Below the pieces are notes generated by a model. That model ran no database searches and had not been told where the DNA came from. It saw only the letters and a program-made list of their open reading frames with translations. Below, one piece after another: positions 1 to 10,743 of a stretch of DNA of 64,000 bases. The position numbers were made by a program, and so were the translations under genes. The stretch is taken from NCBI GenBank assembly GCA_965206595.1, contig OZ242214.1:1408001-1472000 (forward strand). Reading direction: 5' to 3'. Origin of the DNA: Candidatus Latescibacterota bacterium (GTDB lineage Bacteria > Latescibacterota > UBA2968 > UBA8231). Position 1 is the first letter of the stretch. Each line of letters begins with the position of its first letter.

Positions 1-869
1 TCGATGGCCAAATCCCGGAGCCTTTCCCACGGGTTGGTGCGGCGAGCCGAGATTAGTCTGCTGGCCGCAGAAGGCGGGCCCAATGAAGCCGTCGCCGCCG
101 CCGTGGGTGTGACGCGTGCTACGGCTTTCTCGAAAACGGGCAAGTGGCGCCGGCGCTTTCTCGAAAACGGGCTCCAGGGCTTGCATATGGTTTGCAGCCC
201 CATCGACACAAGCACTTCACGCTTTCCACCGATCCTTTCTTTGTCGACAAAGTACGGGATATCGTCGGCTTATACCTGAATCCCCCCGAGCACGCCCTGG
301 TGCTGTGCGTCGACGAGAAGAGCCGGATCCAGGCGTTGGAACGAAGTCAGCCCATGCTGCCCCTGGGACTGGGATACGTGGAAGGGATTACGCACGATTA
401 CAAGCGCCATGGCACCACCACCCTGTTTGCCGCCTTGGACGTAGCCACCGGGGAAGTGATGACCCAGTGCAAGCCCCGTCATCGTCACCAGGAGTTCCTT
501 CAGTTCCTGCGCCACATCGAGGCCCACGTCCCCGCTGACCTCGATATTCATCTCGTCGTCGACAACTACGCCACGCATAAGCATGCCAAGGTCAAGCGAT
601 GGTTGGCACGGCGTCCCCGATTTCACGTTCACTACACCCCCACCTATGCTTCGTGGCTCAATCAGGTGGAGATCTGGTTCAATATCCTTACCCGCCAGGC
701 GGTTCGCCGGGACTCGTTCCGCAAGGTGTCGGAGCTCATCGAGCGCATCGAACGCTACACGGCCAAATGGAACGCCAACGCACACCCTTTCGTGTGGACG
801 GCTACGGCCGATTCCATCCTCGCGAAAATCAAGAGACTTTGCGAACGAATCTCTGCGACACAACACTAG
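1..869 (+). mobile_element. IS630-family element, damaged copy, cut by the window start
   Basis: Near-identical to 34541-35566, but lacks ~169 bp (34715-34883) and carries an 18-bp duplication (124-141 and 155-172), so the transposase frame is broken. Ends in the same ...GCGACACAACACTAG terminus. Confidence 0.93.
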
Positions 870-2529
870 CCTGTCGAGTCTCCGCAGGGAGGCGAAATCC
901 CTGCTCGACCGGGCGCGGCGCAAAGAGCATGAAGCGTTGGCCCTCATTGGCGAGCACCACCCGGACCCGGGAGAGTTCAGCACCTATCGCGACGCCTTGC
1001 TGGTGGTCGCCCGCAAACAGGGGCATGCCGGGTGGGGGGAGTTGCAGCGGGCTTTCGAGGAGGAGGCCGGAGCCTCGGGAAAGCTCGAAGAACGGGCCGA
1101 TCTGTTCGCCGAGCTCGCCTGCCTTTCGTATCGCGGCGACGACCACGTCAGCCGCCGAGAGCGCGCCGCCCGCATGCTGGGCGAAACTCCTGGGATTTCC
1201 AGGGTGAGCCCCTGGGCAGCCGCGGCCGCTTCCGATGTCGAAGCTCTTGGGCAGCTGATCGGGGATGGGGAAAGCGCGGTCGTCCCCGGCGGGCGGCGCG
1301 ACTGGCCGCCCCTCCTCTACCTCTGCTTCAGCCGGGTTCCGGATGCCCGGCCGGGGGGCGACGCCCTGGCCGCGGCGGAATTTCTGCTCGCCGCCGGCGC
1401 CCCCGGCGACACCAGCGTCGGCCCGGAGGAACGGGGGGGCTGGAGCTGGTCGGCCCTGACAGGGGTCATGGGGGAAGGGGAGCATGGCCTCCTGCAGCAG
1501 CCCCCCCACCCGCGGGCCCGCGAGCTGGCGGAGGTGCTGCTCGACGCCGGGGCCGACCCCAACGACTCCCAGGGGCTCTACAACACCATGTTCACCCCGG
1601 ACAACGAGTGGCTCGATCTGCTCCTGTCACGCGGTCTGCAGGCCTCCGCAGTGGTCTATCCCTCCCACGACCCGCCGCTGAGAACCCTCGACTACCAATT
1701 GTGCTCGGCGGTGAAGAGGGGGGTGGCCGAACGGGTGTCCCTGCTGCTGGGGCACGGCGCCGACGTGGCGGCACCCGATATGTACAACGGCCGCTCGAAC
1801 TACGAGAACGCCGTTCTCGGAGGCTTCCCGGAGATCGCGGAAATGCTGGCCCAGCACGGCGCCGAGGTTGTCGAGCTGTCCCTGGAGGACCGCTTCACCG
1901 CGGCGGTGATGAGCGGCGACGAGAGCAGGGCGAGACAGCTGCTTGAAGAAGCTCCCCGCATGATCGAGAACCCCGAGCTGCTCCAGGAAGCGGTCACCAA
2001 TACCGCGGCGACGCGCCTGCTTCTCGACCTCGGGGCCGATCCCGACGCCCCGAACGAGAGGGGACGCGTCCCCCTGCACTGGGCCGCCTGGGAGAACAGC
2101 GGCGAGGTCGTCCGCCTGCTGCTGGCTCGCGGGGCGAACGGCGAGATCCGGGAGCGGGACCACGACGCCACCCCGGTCGGCTTCGCCAATCACGCCGGCC
2201 ACTTCGAGCTTCGCGGCCTGCTGCTCGATCACAGCAGGGACGTGTTCGACCTGACCGCCTACGGAAGGGCGGGGCAGCTCGCCGCGGTCCTGGAATCCGA
2301 CCCGGACCTGGCGAATGCCCGCCTCGTGGGAGGGCACACCCCGGTTCACGGCGTTGCGGCAGGCCCCGAAGGGGAACAGGTGCTCGACCTCCTGCTCGCC
2401 CACGGCGCCGACATCGACGCCCCTGCAGCCGACGGCACGACTCCGCTGTCCGCGGCGCTCGAGCGCGGGGACGAGGAGCTGGCAGCCCTTCTGAGGGCGC
2501 GCGGCGCCAGGGAACCCGAGGGGGACTGA
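867..2529 (+). CDS. Ankyrin-repeat protein, 5' end interrupted by the IS630 copy
   Basis: Ankyrin motifs (GRVPLHWAAW, GHTPVHGVA, GTTPLSAAL, LLxxGAD). Begins SLSSLRREAKSLL directly at the IS CTAG with no start codon of its own; the ORF-track start at 583 lies inside the IS. Confidence 0.85.
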
Positions 2530-2753
2530 GGCTCCCGGCGTTCCGGTTCGCCGCCGCAAAACCGACCATCCTGCCGGTTCCTCCACTGACCCACCCGGGA
2601 GATCGGGTGCATTCGGCCGGGGCAACGAGGTGCCCCCCGGCGGTGAAGCAGCTGTCCGCCGCTTGTTCCGGGTCACCTGTTTGCCTATTAACGTGTCCGG
2701 CAGGCCTCGCCGCGGCGGGGCCGGGAGACCCAGGAGACACGCGGAGAATAGCG

Positions 2754-3629
2754 ATGGCCAAACGCGACCTGAACTTCGATCCCGAAGAGGGGATCGGCTT
2801 CATGAACATCGACGAGACCGACTACGGCGCCATGACCCTGGGGGAGAAGATGCGCCACCTCGAGGTCGAGGGGTACGTCGTCCTTCCCGGCGTTCTCGAC
2901 GCCGATCGCATGGACCGCATCAAGCAGGAGATGGCGGACGCGCCGATGGGGACCAAGGACTACAGCGACTGCCAGACCTACCACCGCGAGCCGCAGTGGT
3001 ACAGCCCGGCCCTGGCGGAAGCGATCGCCAATCCGCCCGTGGTCGAGTTCCTCGAGGCCCTCTGCGGCGAGGAGATCGTCTTCACCCGCGGGCTGTTCAC
3101 GCGCACCCTGTCCGGGTCCCCACCGATCTCCCTGCACACCGACGGGCAGCCGTTCGGCTCCTCGATCTTCGGGTACGAGGGCAGCTCGCCGAAGCTGCTG
3201 CGGGTGCTCTACTACCTCGACGACCTCACCCCCGAGCGGGCCCCCCTGCGCGTGCTGCCGCGATCCCACCTCTCCTTTCACGCCGATGCCAACCCGTACG
3301 TGCGTTACAAGTCGCACCCGGGAGAGGTGACCCTTTGCGCAAAGGCGGGGACCGCGGTCGTATTTCCGGTCAACATCTTCCACGGCACCCACCCCAACCG
3401 GTCGGATGCGCTGCGCACCCTGGTGCAGCTGGGGTACCGTCCGGCCTGGGCGGGCCCGATTCAGCCGATGGAGGATTGGGACCCCGAGCTGGTCGCCGCC
3501 GCCCCGGCCGTGGCGCGCCGCTTCCTGCAGAGCCTCAACACCTCCGGGGTCGACTGGGAGCAGCCGCACAAGCCGGCGGGGATGAGGGCGGACGCGCCGG
3601 CGATCGCCCCGGAACGCTGGGAACAATGA
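2754..3629 (+). CDS. Phytanoyl-CoA dioxygenase (PhyH) family protein
   Basis: EGYVVL N-terminal motif, HTD...H facial triad, PRSH motif; GGAG RBS before ATG 2754. Confidence 0.88.
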   Translation: MAKRDLNFDPEEGIGFMNIDETDYGAMTLGEKMRHLEVEGYVVLPGVLDADRMDRIKQEMADAPMGTKDYSDCQTYHREPQWYSPALAEAIANPPVVEFLEALCGEEIVFTRGLFTRTLSGSPPISLHTDGQPFGSSIFGYEGSSPKLLRVLYYLDDLTPERAPLRVLPRSHLSFHADANPYVRYKSHPGEVTLCAKAGTAVVFPVNIFHGTHPNRSDALRTLVQLGYRPAWAGPIQPMEDWDPELVAAAPAVARRFLQSLNTSGVDWEQPHKPAGMRADAPAIAPERWEQ

Positions 3630-4678
3630 GCCGTCCGAGCCTGCTGCTGGCTTGCAGCAGGGAGGTGCGCGCGGGATGCCTCGCCCCTGCCGACATCGAG
3701 CGGCTCCAACGGTTCGCCGACTGGTCCTGGTTCGAGTGCGAAGGGGGAGGCATCGAGTCGACCAACGAGGACCCCGCCACCGCCGACGAACTGATAGCGC
3801 AGGTCGGGGACAAGGACGGCCTGATCGTCTGCCACGGATCTCCGACCGTCGACGGCCGCGTCCTCGACGCCGCTCCGAAGCTGCGCATCGTCGGCGAGCT
3901 CGAGGGAGACCGCTTCGCCAGCCGTCTCGATCTCGAGGCCCTGTGGAGGCGCGGGGTGCGTACCGTCGACACCAACAACGCCGCCTCCTACCCGGTGGCG
4001 GACTGGGCCCTTGCCCTGATGCTGATAGCGGTCCGCAACGGCAGCCACCATTACCGCCGCATGATCTCCGGAGAGACAGTAGCCGACGCCGCGGTCCTGG
4101 AGACCGGGGCCGGCACCCTGATCAACAGGGAGATCGGCCTGATCGGGTGCGGCCACATGGGCCGCCGGCTGATCAGGCTGCTGCAGCCGTTCGAGCCGGC
4201 GCGGATCTGGGTGCACGACCCCTACCTGCCGCGCGAAATGGCCGAGGCCGTGGGGTTCGTGCAGACGTCGCTCGAGCACGTTCTCGGCCACTGCGACGTC
4301 ATCGTCTGCCTGGCGCCGCTCACTCCGAGGACGCGGCGCATGGTCGGCCGTGCCGAGCTCGACCTGATCCGGCCGGGGTGCACCTTCGTCAACGTGTCGC
4401 GCGGGCCGATCGTCGATCCGCAGGCCCTGATCGAGCGGCTGAAGAGAGGGGACATCACCGCGGGGCTCGACGTCTTCGATCCGGAGCCGGTCCCCCCCGA
4501 CAACGAGATCCTCGAGCTGCCGAACGTGTTCCTGAGCCCGCACATCGGCTGGTACGGTCCCGCGGTGAAGCAGCAGTATTTCACCCTGATGGTCGATGAG
4601 CTCAAGCGCTTCTTCGGCGGCCACGAGACCTGGTTCGACCTGACGCCGCGCTCCCGCGACAACCGCCGGGGCGCCTGA
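3626..4678 (+). CDS. D-isomer-specific 2-hydroxyacid dehydrogenase
   Basis: GLIGCGHMG Rossmann motif, NVSRG, LDVFDPEP, SPHIG; ATGA overlap with the upstream stop. Confidence 0.9.
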   Translation: MSRPSLLLACSREVRAGCLAPADIERLQRFADWSWFECEGGGIESTNEDPATADELIAQVGDKDGLIVCHGSPTVDGRVLDAAPKLRIVGELEGDRFASRLDLEALWRRGVRTVDTNNAASYPVADWALALMLIAVRNGSHHYRRMISGETVADAAVLETGAGTLINREIGLIGCGHMGRRLIRLLQPFEPARIWVHDPYLPREMAEAVGFVQTSLEHVLGHCDVIVCLAPLTPRTRRMVGRAELDLIRPGCTFVNVSRGPIVDPQALIERLKRGDITAGLDVFDPEPVPPDNEILELPNVFLSPHIGWYGPAVKQQYFTLMVDELKRFFGGHETWFDLTPRSRDNRRGA

Positions 4679-4781
4679 TGGGGATGGGGATTCTGTTGAA
4701 GCTACGTGCAGCAGCCGGGATGCCCGGCCATCGACCGGGGCGACAGCCCGCCTGCGGGGCAGCTCTCCGGGGAGGCCGGCC

Positions 4782-5579
4782 ATGAGGGGGCCGCGGCTGC
4801 CGTACCGGTACGACCACTACACCTGGCCGGAGCTGCGCGACCTCGTGGCGCGGCAGCCGGCGGTGGTGCTGCCGGTCGGCTCGACCGAGGACCACGGCCA
4901 CCACCTGCCGCTCGACGTCGACACCTTCGTCGTCAGCGAGGTCTGCGAGGCCGCGGCGAAACGCATCCCAGACGAAGTGCTGCTGCTGCCGGCCCTGCCG
5001 TACGGCTTCGAGGACCACCACATGGATTTCCCCGGCACCATCACCGTGACGGACGAGCACCTGCTGCATTTCGTCCTCGACATCACCCGCAGCGTCGCCC
5101 ACCACGGCTTCCGCAAGATCCTGATCGTCAACGGCCATGGCTCCAACAGCCCGATCCTCGAGCTGGCGGCGCGGCGCACGGTGATAGAGACCGAGGCGCA
5201 CTGCGGGCTGCTGATGGGGGGCTCGGCCGAGGCCGAGAAGGTGCGCGAGTCCGAGGTGCTGTCGCACGCCGACGAGATCGAAACCTCGGTGTACCTGCAT
5301 CTCAACGAGGAGGCGGTGCAGATGGACAAGGCGGCCCGCGACGAGAAGATGCCGGTGGGGCGCTACTACTGGCGCGGCTCCCTGAAGGGGAAGGGGGCCT
5401 CGCCGCTGAAGATGATGGACCACTGGTCGCGGGTCTCCGAAACCGGGGTGATCGGGGACGCCACCCTGGCGACGCGGCAAAAGGGGGAGCGCGTGTTCGC
5501 GGCGGCCGCGGCGCAGCTGGCCGAAATCATCCGGGAGTTCCGCGGTCTCCCGATCGCTGAACGCGTCGACCACCACTGA
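4782..5579 (+). CDS. Creatininase-family amidohydrolase
   Basis: PVGSTEDHGHHLPLDVD, NGHGSN and HADEIETS motifs. Confidence 0.92.
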   Translation: MRGPRLPYRYDHYTWPELRDLVARQPAVVLPVGSTEDHGHHLPLDVDTFVVSEVCEAAAKRIPDEVLLLPALPYGFEDHHMDFPGTITVTDEHLLHFVLDITRSVAHHGFRKILIVNGHGSNSPILELAARRTVIETEAHCGLLMGGSAEAEKVRESEVLSHADEIETSVYLHLNEEAVQMDKAARDEKMPVGRYYWRGSLKGKGASPLKMMDHWSRVSETGVIGDATLATRQKGERVFAAAAAQLAEIIREFRGLPIAERVDHH

Positions 5580-5584
5580 TTCCG

Positions 5585-6409
5585 ATGACGGCTGCTTCAC
5601 AATGGGAGCCGGTGGAAGCCGGCCGCGGAGAGATTCTCAAGGCCCACGAGCGCCCGCTGGAGCTGCTGGGGCGCGGCGAGGTCCCTGCCCTGGTTATGCG
5701 CCGGGCTTTTGATCCCGCCCACTGCGCCGCCCTCGTCGAGCGCTTCTACGAGCGCCGCCTTTTCTACGACCCGCGGGGCGAGGGGGAGGCGGTCTCCCGC
5801 GTCGACGTCGGGACCAGCCTCGGGCGCCACCGCGGCGACCCCGAGGGGTTCTTCGCCCACGCCCGTCAGACCCAGGACCTCTTCGAGACCCTTTTCGAGG
5901 GGTACGACGATCCGGTCGCCTTCATCTACGAGACCCTGTCGGCGCTCGCCCCCGGAAAGCGGGTCATGGTCGCCCGCGAGCCGGACGGCCGTCAGTACGG
6001 CCCGGCGATCTTCCGCACCTACTACGAGGGGGTGGGGCACACCCCGCACTTCGACTCCGCCCGCAAGCGGTCGAAGCTGTTCGACCTGCAGGTGTCGCGG
6101 TTCGAGAAGCAGTTCGCCGCGGTGTTGTGCTTCCAGAACGCCCTCGATGACGAGGAGGGTGGCCACGCCTTCCTCTACCGGCGCCAGTGGTCGGAGGAAC
6201 TGACCGAGGAGCTGCCCCGTTTCCGGGAGTACGCGGCCGGGCACGGGATCGAGCGGGTTCGGATCGATCTGCAGCCGGGGGACTTCTACATCTTCTGCTC
6301 CGAGACGATCCACGAGGTGCCGCCGCCGAAAGGGGATCGGCCCCGCATCGTCCTGGCCAGCTTCTTCGCGATGTCCCCGGAGGACGACGAGATCTACGTC
6401 TGGTCCTGA
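5585..6409 (+). CDS. Fe(II)/2-oxoglutarate oxygenase-like protein
   Basis: HFD...HEV...R triad pattern with LQPGDFYIF double-stranded beta-helix motif. Confidence 0.72.
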   Translation: MTAASQWEPVEAGRGEILKAHERPLELLGRGEVPALVMRRAFDPAHCAALVERFYERRLFYDPRGEGEAVSRVDVGTSLGRHRGDPEGFFAHARQTQDLFETLFEGYDDPVAFIYETLSALAPGKRVMVAREPDGRQYGPAIFRTYYEGVGHTPHFDSARKRSKLFDLQVSRFEKQFAAVLCFQNALDDEEGGHAFLYRRQWSEELTEELPRFREYAAGHGIERVRIDLQPGDFYIFCSETIHEVPPPKGDRPRIVLASFFAMSPEDDEIYVWS

Positions 6410-6432
6410 GCTTTTCCGGAAAACCGCCGGGC

Positions 6433-7341
6433 TCAGCCCCCGTCCGCGAGCTTCTCCGCCTCGGCGGCGACGTCGATTCCGACCATTTCGGTCCAGGCGT
6501 CGAGGAGCCGGCCGGTCACCTCGCCCGGCCTGCCGTCGGCGATCGCTTGCCTGTCGACGTGGGTGACCGGCAGGATCGACCAGGGGGTGCTGGCGAAGAA
6601 GGCTTCGTCCGCGGTGTGGATGTCGTACGGCTGAAGGTCTTCCTCGCTTGCGGGAATCCCGGTCTGCGCGGCGAGGTCGAGAACCGTCTGCCTGGAAACC
6701 CCGGCGAGGATGGCGCGGTCGTCCGGGGTGCGGAGGACGCCCCCGGAGACGATGAAGACGTTGTACCCCGACCCCTCGGTGAGGTTGCCCGCGGCATCGG
6801 TCAGGATCGGCCACGCTCCGGGGTCGAGGTCGTTGGCCTCGATTTCCGCCATGGCCATGTTCATGCGGCTGAGGTGCTTGATCTTGGGGTCGAGGGCGAG
6901 GGGATCGTAGCTGCGGGTTTTCGTGACCACCGCGTGCATGCCCTCCCTGTAGTAGCGGGCGACCCATTCGTTGGCGACCGGGGCGTACTTGATGTAGAGG
7001 TTCGGCGGCCCCGCCATCCACGCCCGAGGGCCGCCGGATCCCCGCGTCACCAGCTGCGTTATGATGAAATCGATGCCGGGAGCCCGCTCGCGATTGCGCC
7101 GGATCCCCTCCTCGGTCAGGGAGAGCATTTCCGCGGGGGACAGCTCGAGGTCGATGCGCACGTACTTGAGCGACTTGTACAGCCGCTCGATATGCTCTTC
7201 CAGCCGGAACCCCTTGCCGCCGAAGGTCCGCTCGACGTCGAGCACCTGGTCGCCCAGAAGGGTGCCGCGATCGTTCGGGTCGGGGAGCATCCGGCTCATC
7301 GGCAGCCATTCCCCGTTCTTGCAGCCTACCAGCTCAGGCAT
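6433..7341 (-). CDS. PLP-dependent aminotransferase class IV (BCAT/D-amino acid type)
   Basis: FRLEEHIERL, IKHLSR (PLP lysine), TEGSGYNVF, ILAGVSR, ADEAF. Confidence 0.9.
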   Translation of the reverse strand: MPELVGCKNGEWLPMSRMLPDPNDRGTLLGDQVLDVERTFGGKGFRLEEHIERLYKSLKYVRIDLELSPAEMLSLTEEGIRRNRERAPGIDFIITQLVTRGSGGPRAWMAGPPNLYIKYAPVANEWVARYYREGMHAVVTKTRSYDPLALDPKIKHLSRMNMAMAEIEANDLDPGAWPILTDAAGNLTEGSGYNVFIVSGGVLRTPDDRAILAGVSRQTVLDLAAQTGIPASEEDLQPYDIHTADEAFFASTPWSILPVTHVDRQAIADGRPGEVTGRLLDAWTEMVGIDVAAEAEKLADGG

Positions 7342-7344
7342 TGC

Positions 7345-8211
7345 TCAGGCGACCACTATCGGGCGGTGGAGCAGGGTCTGGCTCTCGTAGATGGAGCCGC
7401 TGCGTCCCGGGCGGATGACAGCCGGCTCGGGCACCGCGGGAACGTCGGTGTGTCGCGGCTTGGCGATCGGCTTCCCCCTGATGATGCAGGCGTCGAACGC
7501 GGCCATGTCCTCCGGCGGGTTCTTGATGGGCCAGGCATCGGCGGCGCAGTACTGCAGCAGGTAGAGACGGCGCGACCGGGTCTGGGAAGTGTTGGGTGCC
7601 GAGGCGTGCAGCATGGTGCCGTGGTGGATGGTGATCCCGCCCGCCTTCACCTCGACCGGGACCGCGTTCTCCGCGCCGAATTCGTTATCGGTGACGGCCC
7701 CGACGAAGAACTCCTCCTGGTAGTGGTTGTAGATCGGCCCCCGGTGCGATCCGGGGACGACCAGCAGGCAGCCGTTCTCCAGGTTCATGTCGTCGATGGC
7801 CACTCCCACGGCCAGGATGTCTTCGTTGGTGCGCGCGCAGAAGGCGTAGTCCTGGTGCCATTCGACCGGGCTGCCGAACCCGGCCGACTTCATGTTGAGC
7901 TTGCCGCTGAAGTGGCGGATGTCCGGGCCGACCAGCTGCGCGACCTTGTCGAGAATGCGGCTGTCGCGGAAGATGCGGTCGTACGCCGGGTGCAGCTCCT
8001 CGGGATGCTTGAGGCGCCGCAGGCGCGGGGAAGCGGGGCTGTGCCCGGGCTCGAGGTCGAAGTCCTCGTCGTTCTCCGTCACCTGCCGGGAGCGCTCGAC
8101 GAACTCGTCGGTTACCCGCCTGAGCTCCTCGATCTCCGGGCCTGAGAAAACCCCTTCCACGCTGGTGTAACCCCGGGCGTGGTAGGCTTCGACCTGTTCC
8201 TGTGTCAGCAT
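7345..8211 (-). CDS. PhyH-family dioxygenase
   Basis: MLTQEQVEAYHARGY, WHQD, ENGCL..VPGSH, LHAS..N. Confidence 0.92.
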   Translation of the reverse strand: MLTQEQVEAYHARGYTSVEGVFSGPEIEELRRVTDEFVERSRQVTENDEDFDLEPGHSPASPRLRRLKHPEELHPAYDRIFRDSRILDKVAQLVGPDIRHFSGKLNMKSAGFGSPVEWHQDYAFCARTNEDILAVGVAIDDMNLENGCLLVVPGSHRGPIYNHYQEEFFVGAVTDNEFGAENAVPVEVKAGGITIHHGTMLHASAPNTSQTRSRRLYLLQYCAADAWPIKNPPEDMAAFDACIIRGKPIAKPRHTDVPAVPEPAVIRPGRSGSIYESQTLLHRPIVVA

Positions 8212-8308
8212 GGATGCTCCTTTTGCTCAAGGTCTGGGGGGTGACGCGATGGAAACAAATACGGGGTCCCGCGGTGGAAAAACAACGAGTGCCATGCGCC
8301 GGGGCCAA

Positions 8309-9391
8309 TCACTCCAGGGGCGGTATCCCCTGACCCGCGGCGGCGCGCCGATTCCAGGAGACCCTGCCGGCGGCGACGTCTTCGAGGCTCAACTTCTCGC
8401 CGCCCCGCTCGGCCGAGCAGTTCGCTCCCAGCACCGCGACGAGGCTGTTGACGCTCGCCGGGTAGGGCGACCGCGTCGCCGTCGGATCTTCGGCCCTGAC
8501 CGCGGCGATGAAGGCGCGCGCCTGCAGCGCCTGGCAGTTCCGGCCGCCCCTGGCCGCCTCCTCGTCCTCGAAGACCGCGGTTCCGTTCTCGACCACCCTG
8601 TCGCTGCTCCATTCGACAATCGAGTCGTCGCCGACGACGGTCAGGGCGCGGCGTCCGGGGCCGGAGTCGCCGTCGTACAGGACCCTCGCCGTCGAGGCGT
8701 TGGCGAGCAGGCCGGAGGCGAAGCGGAAGTTGGCGGTGTACACGTGCGGCAGGTTCATCGGCTCGGGCCCCTCGCCGGGCCGGCGCCACTGGTAGAAGGC
8801 GGAGACGTCGGCGATGTCGCCGAGCAGGTAGCGCAGCAGGTCGACCATGTGGATGGTGTTCTCGACGAAAGAGCCGCCGCACTCCTCGTAGCGGCTCGTC
8901 CACCAGCGCAGCGGCTTTCCGGAGTAGAACATCTGGATCGAGGCGTGCCGGGGGGTTCGCTGACGCAGGAGCTGCCGGGCGGCCTTCGCCGAGGGGTGGT
9001 AGCGGAACTGGAAGCCGACCTGGCTGACGATGCCGGCGCGCTCGATGACCGCGGCGGTCTCGACCGCCTCGGCGGCGTCGAAGCTGACCGGTTTCTCGAC
9101 GAACAGGTGGATCCCCCTTTCGGCGACCTCCCTCACTTCGCCGGTGTGCCAGGTAGGGGGCAGGCAGACGTAGACAGCGTCGAGCTCCTCGCTGTCGAGC
9201 ATCTGCCGGTAGTCCCCGTAGGTCGCCGCGGGCCCGTACTCTGCGGCGCGTTCCTTCAGGGCCTCGGGGTCGACGTCGCAGAACGCCTGCAGAACGACCT
9301 CCCCGCTCCCGACCAGGGGGGCGAGCGCCGGAAGGTGCGCCCGCGAGGCGATGTGCCCGGTGCCGATGACTCCCACCCTGACAGCTCTCAT
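8309..9391 (-). CDS. Gfo/Idh/MocA-family oxidoreductase
   Basis: VGVIGTGHIA, FVEKP, GFQFRY, IHMVDL. Confidence 0.9.
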   Translation of the reverse strand: MRAVRVGVIGTGHIASRAHLPALAPLVGSGEVVLQAFCDVDPEALKERAAEYGPAATYGDYRQMLDSEELDAVYVCLPPTWHTGEVREVAERGIHLFVEKPVSFDAAEAVETAAVIERAGIVSQVGFQFRYHPSAKAARQLLRQRTPRHASIQMFYSGKPLRWWTSRYEECGGSFVENTIHMVDLLRYLLGDIADVSAFYQWRRPGEGPEPMNLPHVYTANFRFASGLLANASTARVLYDGDSGPGRRALTVVGDDSIVEWSSDRVVENGTAVFEDEEAARGGRNCQALQARAFIAAVRAEDPTATRSPYPASVNSLVAVLGANCSAERGGEKLSLEDVAAGRVSWNRRAAAGQGIPPLE

Positions 9392-9554
9392 GCTTTCGGT
9401 CTCCTGGTCATGCAAAGGCAACCATCCGCCGGCAGGCTCGGAGGCGGTGCCACGGGTTTTCCGGCGCGGCTATGCCGGGGTTGATCGCAGCGAGCCGTGC
9501 CGTACAATGCAGCCGCGAGGATAAGCAGTTCGACCTGAGACGGGAAGAAGCGAC

Positions 9555-10664
9555 ATGGAAGCGAAGAAGTACCGCGTCGCCGTGGTCGGCGGCGCCGGCA
9601 CCTGGGGCCGCTACTACACCCGGGCCTGCGCCGAGCATCCGCAGTGCGAGATCGTCGCCCTCGTCGACAGGGCCCGGGAGAGGCGGCAGCGGTTCGCCGA
9701 GCATTACGGAATCCCCCGCACCTGCGACTCCATCGAGGAGCTGCTGGCCGACGAGGTGCCCGACATCGTCACCGCCAGCATCCCGGTCGCCTGGATACAC
9801 GACACCGTCGTCGCCTGCGCCGAGGCCGGGGTCAGGGCGGTGTCGTGCGAGAAGCCGATCGACTACCAGCTGTCCCGCGCCGACGAGACCGTTAGGATCT
9901 GCCGCGAGCGCGGCACCGCCTTCGGCTGCGGCACCGCCCACTGGGGAGAGCCGTTCCTCCCCGAGACCGTCGCCTGGCTGCGGGAGGGCCACCTCGGAAA
10001 GGTGACCGCCGCGGCCATCCCAGGCGGGCTCCCCACCGAGGTCTCGGGAGGCGGCTGCCACATCCTGGCCATGATGCGCTTCGTAACAGGTCTCGAGGTG
10101 GAGTGGGTCGAGGGAGTCACCCATCCCCCGGAACCGACCTTTGCCGCCGCCGAGGCCGAGAGCGACACCGAGATCGATCGGCCCGCGTACGGCAGGCTCG
10201 GGCTTGCCGGCGGCGCCGTCTGCGCGGCGCTCGATCCGCAGCTCGGGCACCGCGGCTGCATCCTCTCGGTCAGCGGCGAGAACGGCCGCGTCTGGATCTC
10301 GCGGCCGCGGCCGGTGATCGTGCTGGGAACCGGGGCCGAAGCGACCCCGGTCTTTCCCGAGTTTCTCGAAGGGCCGCCGCCGTCTCCCGGGGCCATGCAC
10401 ATGATCCGCCACGCCATCGACCGGCTCGTCGCAGCCTGCGAGACCGGGAGCAGCGAGGTCTCCTGCAGCGGCGCCGACTACCTGCGCGCCCTGGAGACCG
10501 CCATCGCCCTGAACCACTCGGCCGCCCGCGGCGGGGAGCGCATCGAGCTGCCCCTCGAGGACCGCTCGCTCAAGCTCTACCCGCATCCCTACCGGCTCTA
10601 CGGCGGCGATCAGGCCGGCTGGGAGAGCATCGGCTACAGCGGCCCCCCGGACATCGCGGCGTAG
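9555..10664 (+). CDS. Gfo/Idh/MocA-family oxidoreductase
   Basis: VAVVGGAGTWG, CEKP, GGCH; divergent from the previous gene. Confidence 0.85.
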   Translation: MEAKKYRVAVVGGAGTWGRYYTRACAEHPQCEIVALVDRARERRQRFAEHYGIPRTCDSIEELLADEVPDIVTASIPVAWIHDTVVACAEAGVRAVSCEKPIDYQLSRADETVRICRERGTAFGCGTAHWGEPFLPETVAWLREGHLGKVTAAAIPGGLPTEVSGGGCHILAMMRFVTGLEVEWVEGVTHPPEPTFAAAEAESDTEIDRPAYGRLGLAGGAVCAALDPQLGHRGCILSVSGENGRVWISRPRPVIVLGTGAEATPVFPEFLEGPPPSPGAMHMIRHAIDRLVAACETGSSEVSCSGADYLRALETAIALNHSAARGGERIELPLEDRSLKLYPHPYRLYGGDQAGWESIGYSGPPDIAA

Positions 10665-10743
10665 CTGACCCCTCGGTTTCCTTCCCGCCTTTCTCCGGCT
10701 CCGGGCACCTTGATCGATCCGCTTCCGAGAAAGGAATAGCCAG

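Noticed and set aside
583-866. N-terminal 95 aa of the 648-aa ORF
   Set aside because: Alternative frame of the IS630 transposase; the same peptide appears at 35280.
5597-9484. Long overlapping Arg/Pro/Gly-rich ORFs (e.g. 5597-7309, 6187-8145, 8210-9484) and similar ones throughout the window
   Set aside because: Stop-poor shadow frames of high-GC genes with no recognisable motifs.
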